This document shows positions 10,801-19,795 of a stretch of 64,000 nt of DNA, one piece after another (position 1 is the stretch's first letter; each line of letters opens with the position of its first letter). The notes below the pieces were generated by a model that searched no databases, was not told where the DNA came from, and was given only the letters and a program-made list of their open reading frames with translations. Source of the DNA: Candidatus Desulfobia pelagia (lineage in GTDB: Bacteria > Desulfobacterota > Desulfobulbia > Desulfobulbales > SURF-16); the NCBI GenBank assembly GCA_014382295.1, contig JACNJZ010000045.1:6017-70016 (forward strand). The letters are read 5' to 3'. A program made the translations under genes and the position numbers.

Positions 10801-11048
10801 AGGCCGGAACTCTCCGGCAGAATCAGCCGGGTAATATCTTCCAGAATTTTATTGGGAAAAGGAAAAGAGCCATTAGCCCAGACGGACAACCGGGAGGCCA
10901 GAGCCATGGAGAGCCATCGCGCCATCCCCTGGCTTTGAACAACTATCGTCTCTGCCTGCAATGGATGGAGTGGCTCCTGCTGCACTATATCTGCCAGCTG
11001 CCCAACCAGATTCTCCATACTGTTGCTAGAAATGAGGTAAAATGCCAT
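7857..11048 (-). CDS. recC: Exodeoxyribonuclease V gamma subunit
   Basis: IVVQSQGMARWL, CHSPMREVEVL, IIVMAPDIEVYSP, DDRYLFLEALLSAR. Confidence 0.95.
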   Translation of the reverse strand: MAFYLISSNSMENLVGQLADIVQQEPLHPLQAETIVVQSQGMARWLSMALASRLSVWANGSFPFPNKILEDITRLILPESSGLHFYNREEAVWQIMNLFQDLPDSPVFFSVRNYTDAPLKKYQLARTLAGLFDQYAVYRPDVVSSWERGEDTDWQAVLWRMLVNRYNLTSRASILQMLAERLECGHDLPLPGRISVFGISLLPPLFLKVFNALARQCDVCFFHLNPCCQWWADIQSEREKFYFARKHGAGGEDLYLETGNSLLASMGGLGRDFLAMLQEYDFQERDCYAAPDGDTVLQSIQRDILDLSEGDCGRRYDGSIVVNSCHSPMREVEVLQNHLLSLFEEDESLRPRDIIVMAPDIEVYSPFVQAVFELGTDDHRYMPFMIADSSMGRQNQLADSFLALLELAGSRFENSRIQEVLHYQPVQARFGLTNDLEKIAEWLEGTAIRWGRDQGHRQALGLPGFSENTWRAGFDRLLLGYVMSGGVLFKGVLPYDGIDEGDGDVLGRLMAAFSCIARHIELLEKSWDLSTWSRLLLDLLDECLAVGQEQEQDALFLRSLISSLGSYQDRAAYADSIPLEVVKAYIRQMLEQEKSPYGYLTGGITFCSMLPMRAVPFKVICLLGMEDGSFPRPQPVMSFDRMAQKPRPGDRSRRNDDRYLFLEALLSARKQFYVSFVGQSVRDDSVLPPSVLVSELLEYVSRTCRLEEGEKEEPELITRQRLQAFSPDYFRSGKLFSYDEIYCRAAEKLLAGADADVGFWQDLPLDPPDSEFRQVAMQDLIAFILHPVRFFCNRRLDIVLRRPMESAEDDEPVRIDGLSRYQLSDDAVSLMFAEKEKGEIVPLLKAKGMLPHGTPGDIFGAEIVDDVLLFTERLRQYCLTEGLPLDVDVQCGDFYVQGRLPDLRDNGLLLARCASLKGKDLLRAWVMHLLLNCQAEENTSLPRTTTILTRDETLQLRPVANPSAALNVLLDIYWQGLSEPIPFFTETSYVFARWAAEGKEAKARTDAREKWAGEYNPARECDDIYFSFRYHDTHPLGDRFEDLARKMYMPLLSHLDEIGGDMP

Positions 11049-11347
11049 CGGCGCAATGTACTGTATCCATTGGTCTCCGCAAACATTATTTTGCCCACAA
11101 AATTCACAAACAATGCTTCATCCACATGAAAACCCCTTTCCGGGCAGACAAGCATGTCCTGCAAATGGTTTTCCCTTTTCACACGAGCACAACTGTCCCA
11201 GTTTCCCCTCATAACCCCTTCAATTCGTACATTTATTCAATTTGACTTTCCTCGTTTCTTTTTGATAGCATTTATATTGTGAATATGTAGAGACATATCC
11301 GCTAAACGATAACAGACAGAACAGAAACACGGTCTGAGGGCGCAACC

Positions 11348-13432
11348 ATGAAAAAGAATAAAAAATCATCCGATAGAATCAACAAAAGCCTGATCATTGC
11401 CGCAATAGCAGCAATCTTTTACCCGCAGGGATCTGTGTCTGCTGGTGCAGTTGATTATACTGAGTTCAGCCTTGAAGAATTAATGGATATAATGATTGTT
11501 TCCGCTTCCAAGAAATCGCAGAAAGCTTCAGAGGTTGCCGCTTCAGCATTCGTAATCAACCGTGAAGACATACAGCGCTATGGATACCGGACACTTGGAG
11601 AATCGCTGCGCAGAATCAGCGGCCTCTATATCAGCTCCGGCCGCGACTATGAGTATCTCGGAGTGCGAGGTTTCAGCCTTCCTGGTGATTATAACACCAA
11701 GATACTTATTCTTATCGATGGTCATCGCCTCAACAGCGCACTCTACGATCAATCCTATATTGAAGAGGGTTTTCCTGTCGACATAGAGAGCATAGAGCGC
11801 ATTGAAGTGGTCAAAGGCCCGGGCTCAGCCATGTGGGGAACCAATGCCCTGTTTGCCGTCGTCAACGTCATAACCCGCACGGCAAGAGATATTGACGGGG
11901 GAAGAGTGACTGCCGAAATTGGAAGCCATAACCGACAGAAAGGACATGTAGAATACGGGAAAGTCCTCGACAACGGGCTTGAGATTGCAGGAAGCATCAG
12001 CGGCCTCGGGTCTGACGGAGAAAATCATATCTATTTTCCTGAACGTGACCAGCCCGGATTTCAGTTCAACAACGGTGTCGCCTCAGGAATTGACGATGAG
12101 GATGCCTATAAGGGCTATCTCACTCTCACGTATAATGATTGGAAATTTTTATTCTATAAAAGCAAGCGCGACAAAAATTTCCCTGCCGCACAATGGGACG
12201 GAGCTTTCAATAAAAACGAGTACTCAACCGATGAGAACACCGCTTTGGAGCTGAGTTATAATACCTCTGTTTTTGATGAAAAGAATGGCCAACTGGCCAT
12301 ACGATTCTTTTATGACAGGTCTGATTACTACGGTGAATATCCATATAACTATGGTGAAGGATGGTTGGGAACAACGGTAGATAACAAGGATGAAGGTGAT
12401 TCAAAACAGCTGGGGGTTGAGATGCGACTCAGTATGGATGTGACTGAAGACCTCGGGGTTACTGTCGGGGTTGAAGCCCTGAAAGTCACAGCAATCCACC
12501 AGAAGAACTGGGATGACAGCCCTCCCGGCTGGGAGTGGTTATATCTGGATACAGGCACAAAAGACAATCGATACCACACCAAGTCCTATTATGCGCAAGG
12601 CGATTATGCACTACTCGACAACCTGAACCTGGTTGCCGGAATTCGAATGGATGATTATTCAACATTTGATGCTCAATACAGCCCGCGTGCGGCTCTCATC
12701 TATCATCCAACCGAAACGACAACATTGAAGCTGCTTTACGGCGAAGCCTTCCGTGCGCCGAACAACTACGAGCGGTTTTATGACGATGACTCCTGGCAAT
12801 TAGGCAATGAGAACCTTACCCCTGAAGAAATCAAGACATGGGAATTTGTCTGGGAGCAGAAAATAAGCAACCATACACGCCTCGTCGCCAATATCTACCG
12901 GTTTGAAATGAAAGATCTCATCCTCCAAAACGAAGATCCCGTCGATTTTTCTCTCCAATTCCAAAATACAAAAGGGGTCACCAGTGACGGTGCGGAGTTG
13001 CAACTGGAATCCCACTTTAAAAACGGCATTACAGGCTATTTAGGCGTCAGTACGGTTAATACAACTTTTGATGAAAACGATTCACGCCTGGATAATTCAC
13101 CGACGTTCAGTGCCTCTGGCGGACTGTCAATTCCTCTCTGGTCAAAAAAAATGTTTGTATCTCCTGAATTCACATACGTTTCAGAACGAAAAGCATCCCT
13201 CACCGACGGCGATGTTGGATCCTGTTTTCTGACAAATCTGAGCGTTGCAACAGGAACTCTTTTTGACAATCTCAACATGTCGTTCAACGTATACAACCTG
13301 TTTGACAAAGAATGGAGCGTACCGGCGGGAGGCGAACATTATTTTTACGAGGACGTTTCTGGAAGCTATCCCTATTTTAATATTCCCCAGGATGGCAGAA
13401 CCTTCAGGTTCCAGTTATCTTACCGATTTTAA
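11348..13432 (+). CDS. TonB-dependent outer membrane receptor
   Basis: Signal peptide, SLEELMDI-VSASK plug start, IERIEVVKGPGSAMWG, C-terminal GRTFRFQLSYRF. Confidence 0.9.
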   Translation: MKKNKKSSDRINKSLIIAAIAAIFYPQGSVSAGAVDYTEFSLEELMDIMIVSASKKSQKASEVAASAFVINREDIQRYGYRTLGESLRRISGLYISSGRDYEYLGVRGFSLPGDYNTKILILIDGHRLNSALYDQSYIEEGFPVDIESIERIEVVKGPGSAMWGTNALFAVVNVITRTARDIDGGRVTAEIGSHNRQKGHVEYGKVLDNGLEIAGSISGLGSDGENHIYFPERDQPGFQFNNGVASGIDDEDAYKGYLTLTYNDWKFLFYKSKRDKNFPAAQWDGAFNKNEYSTDENTALELSYNTSVFDEKNGQLAIRFFYDRSDYYGEYPYNYGEGWLGTTVDNKDEGDSKQLGVEMRLSMDVTEDLGVTVGVEALKVTAIHQKNWDDSPPGWEWLYLDTGTKDNRYHTKSYYAQGDYALLDNLNLVAGIRMDDYSTFDAQYSPRAALIYHPTETTTLKLLYGEAFRAPNNYERFYDDDSWQLGNENLTPEEIKTWEFVWEQKISNHTRLVANIYRFEMKDLILQNEDPVDFSLQFQNTKGVTSDGAELQLESHFKNGITGYLGVSTVNTTFDENDSRLDNSPTFSASGGLSIPLWSKKMFVSPEFTYVSERKASLTDGDVGSCFLTNLSVATGTLFDNLNMSFNVYNLFDKEWSVPAGGEHYFYEDVSGSYPYFNIPQDGRTFRFQLSYRF

Positions 13433-13494
13433 TGTAAATTCTCAAATGACATAACGACGAACAATGACGCCTTGACCCAGGAGGTTCCTAAGGC

Positions 13495-15621
13495 ATGAGT
13501 TATACTTTTCAGGAAAGATCAAAAGCATTGGCACTGGTGGTAGACGATGATGCGTCCCTCAGGGTGGCCATGGAAGCGGCACTGCAGAAAGCCGGATTTG
13601 AGGTGATCGAGGCGGAAAGCGGCCGGGAGGCAATAGCCCTGTTCCAGGCAAAGAAACCGGACCTTATCCTGCTTGATGTCATCATGCCTGGAATGGATGG
13701 ATTTCAAACCTGCAGCACCATCCGGGATCTCCCGGGCGGCAAACACGTCCAGATCCTGATGGTTACCGGACTCGATGATACCAAGTCAACAGAACGTGCC
13801 TTTGAAGTCGGCGCAAACGATTTCATCTCGAAACCGCTCAACTGGCTTATGCTGGGCCATCGGGCCCGATATATGGAACGGGCGGGGCGTTCGTATAAAG
13901 AACTGATCAAGAGTCAGCAACGTCTGGCCAAAACCCAGAAACTTGCCAAACTAGGCAACTGGGATATCAATCTGTCCACCGGCAAATTCCACTGCTCTTT
14001 TGAAGCAAGGCGTCTTTTAGGATTTGAAAATGCTTCTCACTCACTCACCTTCGAGGATTTCCTGACACCGATTGTTGTCCAGGAACATCACAACGTAAAG
14101 ACAGCAATAAATAATGCCGTTAATACCAGAAAACCATTTTCCGTAAACTACCTGATCATTCTTCCCGACGGCAGCCAGCGACACATCTTGAACCAGGGAG
14201 AAATACTCCCTGACGACACCGGTGCAGCTGAAATAATGCTTGGAGCCATCCAGGATGTCAGTGAATTAAAACTGGCAGAAGAAGAAATCCGTCTGCTGGC
14301 TTTTTATGACGGCCTCACCGGACTGGCTAACCGGATGCTGTTTCACGACCGCCTCGAGCAGGAAATCAGTAAGGCCAAAAGATATAAACAGTATTTTGCC
14401 CTGCTCTTCCTTGATCTTGACCAGTTTAAAAGAATTAATGACCTCTATGGCCACCATATAGGAGACCTTCTGCTGAAAAACGTCTCGGAAACCCTCCAGA
14501 AGTGCGTCCGCACCAGTGATACCGCATCAAGAATGAGCCGGGATGAATCAGAAACGGTCATTGCCAGATTTGGCGGAGATGAATTCATTATCTTACTCCC
14601 GGATATTAATGAACCCGAAAACGCCGCCAAAATAGCAAACAGGATTCTTCATGAAATACCCAGCACTTATGATCTGGATGGTCATGATGTGTCGATTACA
14701 ACCAGCATCGGCATCAGTGTGTATCCCGCAGATGGGGACAAACCAGACATCCTGCTTCGCCATGCCGACTCAGCAATGTACCATGCCAAAGATACCGGTC
14801 GGAATAACTATCAGTTTTATGAAGAATCCCTCAATGCTGTTGTTACCGAAAGATTCTCCATTGAAAAAGATCTCCGCAAGGCTCTGGAGCAAAATGAATT
14901 CCTTCTCTACTATCAGCCGCAGATAAATCTTGCTACCCGTAAAATTGTCGGGGCAGAAGCCTTAATCAGATGGATCCATCCCCAGAAGGGCATGATTCCC
15001 CCTGACAAGTTTATTCCAATTGCAGAAGAATCCGGCATTATCATTGATATCAATAAATGGGTCATCCAGACGGCATGCCAACAGAACAAAAAATGGGAGC
15101 AGCTTGGATTTCCTCCTGTCAGAATTGCCGTAAATCTTTCGGGATATCAGCTTGCTCATCAAAACCTTATTCAAACAATCAAAGAGGCTCTTGATGCAGC
15201 AAATCTTGATCCCAAAAACCTTGAAGTAGAAATTACTGAAAACATTCTGATGCAGGAAGAAGCAAACTCCATTAACATTCTGAACCAGATAAAAGATCTT
15301 AAACTCCGCATAGCCCTCGATGATTTTGGAACAGGGTATTCCTCCCTGAGCTACCTGACCTCTTTCCCTGTTGATGTTCTAAAGATCGACCGCTCTTTTG
15401 TCATGTGCTGCACAGAGCAGAAAAACAACCTGATCATCATCAGGGCAATAATCGCCATGGGGCACAGCCTCGGCATGAAAATTGTCGCAGAAGGTATTGA
15501 AACGGAAGAACAGCTCAAGCTCATGACGGCATATGGCGTGGACGAAGCTCAGGGCTATTATTTCAAGCCGCCTGTCTCCCAGGAAGATTTTGTCAAACTT
15601 CTTGAAAAAGGGACGCTGTAA
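13495..15621 (+). CDS. Response regulator with PAS, GGDEF and EAL domains
   Basis: REC (VVDDD, LLDVIMPGMDG), FGGDEF, AEALIRW, ALDDFGTGYSSL. Confidence 0.92.
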   Translation: MSYTFQERSKALALVVDDDASLRVAMEAALQKAGFEVIEAESGREAIALFQAKKPDLILLDVIMPGMDGFQTCSTIRDLPGGKHVQILMVTGLDDTKSTERAFEVGANDFISKPLNWLMLGHRARYMERAGRSYKELIKSQQRLAKTQKLAKLGNWDINLSTGKFHCSFEARRLLGFENASHSLTFEDFLTPIVVQEHHNVKTAINNAVNTRKPFSVNYLIILPDGSQRHILNQGEILPDDTGAAEIMLGAIQDVSELKLAEEEIRLLAFYDGLTGLANRMLFHDRLEQEISKAKRYKQYFALLFLDLDQFKRINDLYGHHIGDLLLKNVSETLQKCVRTSDTASRMSRDESETVIARFGGDEFIILLPDINEPENAAKIANRILHEIPSTYDLDGHDVSITTSIGISVYPADGDKPDILLRHADSAMYHAKDTGRNNYQFYEESLNAVVTERFSIEKDLRKALEQNEFLLYYQPQINLATRKIVGAEALIRWIHPQKGMIPPDKFIPIAEESGIIIDINKWVIQTACQQNKKWEQLGFPPVRIAVNLSGYQLAHQNLIQTIKEALDAANLDPKNLEVEITENILMQEEANSINILNQIKDLKLRIALDDFGTGYSSLSYLTSFPVDVLKIDRSFVMCCTEQKNNLIIIRAIIAMGHSLGMKIVAEGIETEEQLKLMTAYGVDEAQGYYFKPPVSQEDFVKLLEKGTL

Positions 15622-15671
15622 TCCAAGAGCAACTTCAAACTGCTCCTAAAACCTTTACCGGACCTCTTACT

Positions 15672-17666
15672 ATGAATGGGAAGAAAAAATCCACAGCCAG
15701 TGAAACAAAGAAAAAAAAAGCCGCGGCTCTCCGGCTGGAGATGATGCGAACCTATCTGGCCGGCCTGATGGATGACGACAATTACCAGAAGTTAAGCCAA
15801 TGCAGCCCCCAGGTCATCGAACCCATCTTCAACGGCGCCATCCGTATGGATCCCGCCTCTATATTTATCAATACCGGATCCGACAGAGACATTGACTACG
15901 TCCGAAAGATGGCTCTCGCAAAAAGGGAAGAATTACCTCTCGCCATCAAAAAACACACCTATCATTTTGATGGCCCCAACGATCAGGGACGCGACACCGC
16001 CAACACCAAATACCTGGCTCATTCCAATACAGAGATAAGCTCCCTCCAGCAGAAAGAGGAACATCGGGCCGGGATCCTGGAAGTCCGCAATATTCTCAAC
16101 AACATCATGACCGGAAAGGAGATGATCGTTACCTTTATCTCCAGAGGGCCTGTCGGCAGCCCCGTGGCAGATCCTACCCTGCAGGTGACAGATTCCTTTT
16201 ACGTTATCCACAGCGAATTCCTTCTCTATAGAATGATGACTCCTGAGGAATTCTCACATGACGTCAGCCAGAAAGGATATATGTTCATCAACTATCACAG
16301 TGCCGGGAAACTGACCAGCACCAACGTCTCTGCCAACCTGCAGAACAGAAGAATATACATGGATGTGGAACGTTTCCGTTCCTACAGCACCAACAACCAA
16401 TATGCCGGAAACTCCATTGCCCCAAAAAAGATAAATCATCGTTTCGGCAACATGAATAACCTGCGAAACCACTTTGGACAGCGGCTGGATGAACATATGT
16501 TTATCACCGGTTTCGATGTCGCCGGAGAAACGATCTACTTTGCCGGCGCCTACCCCAGCGGATGCGGCAAGACAGGAACAGCCATGACCGGAACCCATCT
16601 GATCGGTGATGATCTGGCCAAGATTTTTATTGATTCGGCATCTGGAGAGGTACGTGCCGTCAATCCGGAAAAAGGCATGTTCGGTATCATTGAAGGAGTC
16701 AACCGGGATGATGACCCGGAAATCATGACACTCCTTGAGGGAAAAGAGAATGAAGTTATTTTTTCCAATCTTCTTGTCAGCGACCAGAAACCATACTGGA
16801 TTGGCATGGGAGAACAACTGCCGGTAAAAGGAACCAATTTCAAAGGCGAATGGACTTTCAAATCCAGAGAGCCGGCATCGCACAAAAATGCCCGCTTTAC
16901 CCTTGCCCTGGATGCCATTGAAAATTATGACCCGGAAACAGAAAACCCACGAGGAGTGAAAGTAAGCGCCCTGGTATACGGCGGCCGCGATTATGCAACC
17001 ATGCCGACAGTTGTCATGGCACACGACTGGATGAATACGGTTGTCCATGGGGCTATCATTCGGTCGGCCACCACCGCTACCGAGATTGGTGCTGACGGCA
17101 GTGAAAAACGGTCCCCTTTTGCCAATGAGGCTTTTTTCCCGGGACCCCTTGGACAATATATCAACCATTATAAAGCCTTTGGAGAAAACCAGGATATTGC
17201 CCCAGATAATCTGCCCAGCGGCTTCCAGGTAAACTACTGGCTGCACAAAAGCGCCCGCGGCACTTTGGCTCCAGGGGAACAGGACGGCCTCATTGGCGAA
17301 AAACGCGACACCAAGGTCTGGATGCGGATCATGGCCCTCATGCACATGGAAGACGTCGAAGCAATATGGACACCCATCGGCTCCATTCCCAAATACAGTG
17401 ACCTCAAAAAGCTGTTTACGGAAATTACTGGCAAGGAGTATTCAAAAAAGACATACACAAAACAGTTCTCGCTCTATATCGACAACCTGATCAAGCGGGT
17501 GGATATGTCAGCCAAGGAATTCGCCAGAGAAAAAGGTATGCCCCCTGAGTTTTTTCATGTACTCGACACCTGGAGACGCGATCTGATAGCCTTAAAATCT
17601 ACTATCGGACCGATTGTCACACCCGACCAGATGATCGAGTATGTTGCCGCCAACGTGGATGATTGA
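15672..17666 (+). CDS. pckG: Phosphoenolpyruvate carboxykinase (GTP)
   Basis: QYAGNS, EHMFI, GAYPSGCGKT, IGDDLA, NPEKGMFG, SHKNARFT motifs. Confidence 0.88.
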   Translation: MNGKKKSTASETKKKKAAALRLEMMRTYLAGLMDDDNYQKLSQCSPQVIEPIFNGAIRMDPASIFINTGSDRDIDYVRKMALAKREELPLAIKKHTYHFDGPNDQGRDTANTKYLAHSNTEISSLQQKEEHRAGILEVRNILNNIMTGKEMIVTFISRGPVGSPVADPTLQVTDSFYVIHSEFLLYRMMTPEEFSHDVSQKGYMFINYHSAGKLTSTNVSANLQNRRIYMDVERFRSYSTNNQYAGNSIAPKKINHRFGNMNNLRNHFGQRLDEHMFITGFDVAGETIYFAGAYPSGCGKTGTAMTGTHLIGDDLAKIFIDSASGEVRAVNPEKGMFGIIEGVNRDDDPEIMTLLEGKENEVIFSNLLVSDQKPYWIGMGEQLPVKGTNFKGEWTFKSREPASHKNARFTLALDAIENYDPETENPRGVKVSALVYGGRDYATMPTVVMAHDWMNTVVHGAIIRSATTATEIGADGSEKRSPFANEAFFPGPLGQYINHYKAFGENQDIAPDNLPSGFQVNYWLHKSARGTLAPGEQDGLIGEKRDTKVWMRIMALMHMEDVEAIWTPIGSIPKYSDLKKLFTEITGKEYSKKTYTKQFSLYIDNLIKRVDMSAKEFAREKGMPPEFFHVLDTWRRDLIALKSTIGPIVTPDQMIEYVAANVDD

Positions 17667-17862
17667 AAATCTCAAAATTGAACACATCCATTCTGAAGCC
17701 GGCAAATATGTTACTGTCAGCATAGGTATATGCGACAACGCGACACTTTCCACTCCCAACGAGATTATTACCGATTCAAACACAGCTCTCCAGCAGGCAA
17801 AGACAGAAGGCCGAAACAGACTCATCTGTCTGCATCACAACGAAGAGCCGAACCCGTCATAA
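17659..17862 (+). pseudogene. C-terminal fragment of a GGDEF diguanylate cyclase domain
   Basis: IEHIHSEAGKYVTVSIGI...DSNTALQQAKTEGRNR resembles the GGDEF tail (VTxSIG...ADxALYxAKxxGRNR); GGDEF motif absent. Confidence 0.7.
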
Positions 17863-17887
17863 CAACATCCACCCCCCCTTCATCGCC

Positions 17888-19504
17888 ATGAGAAAACCTA
17901 CCTGTATAACACCAGAGGGACTTTTCCAGTACAGCCTCCATCAACCCGAATACCCCGCCGCCAATCTGCGGGAGCATGATGCGGTCTCAGCGCTTGGCAA
18001 ATGCAATAATGAGGTTGTCGATAATCAACGTAATTTCCCGGCAGAATCCATCACGGTTACCGGTGCCGATCACATCTATGAAGTGCCCAATGCCTTTCCC
18101 TTCAAGGGCACTACCTTTATCAATTCCCGATGGGCCGACCGAAACGCAAGGGCTCCCCAGACCATTGGCCTGAAGCCGCCTGCATCTTCATCCTTTTCAA
18201 AAACGGTAGCAACATGGCTGACCGACACCGGCAACACGCAAACGGATCTTGACAGTCTCTTCAAGGTCCTGCCGGAAGGAGTGCTGCTTGCCGTAGCCAC
18301 AACATCAGCAGATCCCGAAGACCTCGTGCGTCTTGCCAGGCTCTCGGCGGAATTTATTGTCGGAGATGATGGCATCCCATCAGGACTCGTATACAGCGAA
18401 GGCGAACATGGACCCCGCCCCCGGATCAGCCGACATGACCTGTTTGAAACCGTGGCAAACAATCCCCACCTGCCCGATGCATACAAGAATGTTATGGTTC
18501 TGCGCCCCGGAGCCCAGGGAGGAAGTGAAATAGTAGGCGACTGGAACGCCGGGGATGAGAAGAGCCATATCTTTGAATATCTCCGCCGCAATTCTTATAT
18601 CGGCTGGGGCCACTATGCCGCCAACATGGCAAATGATTCCATCCGATACAACATAGATGATCTCAGCAAAGAGGATATGACCGGAATGCGCCATCTCTAT
18701 TACCAGCGCACCTTTGTCCGACTTGCCGAAGAACTTGGCATTCCACTGCCGGCAGAGCATAAGCCCCTCAACGCGGATGACCTGGAATACCTTCGGGAAA
18801 CCATTCTCTCCGTCCTGCACACAGGTACCAAAATCAAATTCAACTCGACACTCTGGGGGTGGAATTTCGGCTTCGACTTTGCGCCTTCCAGATACCGCCT
18901 CCACGCATCTCATCAGCAGATCCATCAGCAGTTTGCAATGCTGCCGCGAACGCTGCCTGTCTACCTCAACGGCAGCAAAACCGACCAGACCCACGAAGGC
19001 TATGGGGCCGGAGATCTGGTGCGGGATTTTGCCATACGCTACCGCCGGGAAACAGGCCAGTCATTATTTGACGACTACATTCGCTGTATTCGAAACAATA
19101 AACGAATGGACAGTCTCAACAATGCCGAAGAAAGTCTCATCATCCATGAAGACAAAAACTGTATTCTCTTTGTCCCCAAAGCCCAGACATCACAATGGGA
19201 AATCCAGCTGATGACACTGGGGCCGATTGGCAATATTCTCGAGGCTGATCAGGAAACAAGGGATTCCCTTGATGCTGCAATACTCATTGCCCAGCGGATT
19301 CTCGCCCGTCTTGGGGCAAAAATGGTAACCTCCATTGAATACTCAAAACGGCTTGACAATCTCGACACGGACCAGCACCTGATCTATGCCTTTCTCCCCC
19401 GCCTTCCCCAGTCACCGGGAGCCTTCAGCGAAGCCCAGCTCCGCTGGATCATGGGCCATTACCCTGAAGATTTCGCCGCCGCCTGCCGGGCCCAGTTGGG
19501 TTAA
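17888..19504 (+). CDS. Hypothetical protein with a GalT/HIT-like C-terminal region
   Basis: 538-aa ORF; HASHQQIHQQ and IIHEDKNCILFVPKAQTSQWEIQLM resemble GalT-family motifs. Confidence 0.6.
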   Translation: MRKPTCITPEGLFQYSLHQPEYPAANLREHDAVSALGKCNNEVVDNQRNFPAESITVTGADHIYEVPNAFPFKGTTFINSRWADRNARAPQTIGLKPPASSSFSKTVATWLTDTGNTQTDLDSLFKVLPEGVLLAVATTSADPEDLVRLARLSAEFIVGDDGIPSGLVYSEGEHGPRPRISRHDLFETVANNPHLPDAYKNVMVLRPGAQGGSEIVGDWNAGDEKSHIFEYLRRNSYIGWGHYAANMANDSIRYNIDDLSKEDMTGMRHLYYQRTFVRLAEELGIPLPAEHKPLNADDLEYLRETILSVLHTGTKIKFNSTLWGWNFGFDFAPSRYRLHASHQQIHQQFAMLPRTLPVYLNGSKTDQTHEGYGAGDLVRDFAIRYRRETGQSLFDDYIRCIRNNKRMDSLNNAEESLIIHEDKNCILFVPKAQTSQWEIQLMTLGPIGNILEADQETRDSLDAAILIAQRILARLGAKMVTSIEYSKRLDNLDTDQHLIYAFLPRLPQSPGAFSEAQLRWIMGHYPEDFAAACRAQLG

Positions 19505-19516
19505 TTAAAGATTACC

Positions 19517-19712
19517 ACCACGAAGAACACGAAGAGCATGAAGAAAAAACATATAAAACGCTTTTTCTTTTGTTTTTCTACATGCAGTTCTTCGTGTCCT
19601 TCGTGTCCTTCGTGGTTCCACACAATACAGAAGACCTATGGAGTCCGGCCAATGCCACCCGCCCTTTATATTTTGGCAAAATATTTTCGTGTATTTCCGT
19701 GGGTTCTGTGGC
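19517..19712. repeat. Palindromic arrays of 9-10 bp tandem repeats
   Basis: ACCACGAAGAACACGAAGAGCATGAAGAA ... TTCTTCGTGTCCTTCGTGTCCTTCGTGGT (19517-19616), then a degenerate second set ending TTTCGTGTATTTCCGTGGGTTCTGTGGC. Confidence 0.7.
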
Positions 19713-19795
19713 AAACTATCTCTCCAAATTTATATACATTAAAAAATCCCATGAGGCCCTTTCGGTTCTCTGTGAAATTTTGACAAGGCAACACA

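Noticed and set aside
16254..17345. 363-aa minus-strand ORF
   Set aside because: Antisense shadow of pckG
19517..19616. CRISPR array
   Set aside because: Units are 9 bp, tandem and inverted, with no unique spacers and no cas genes
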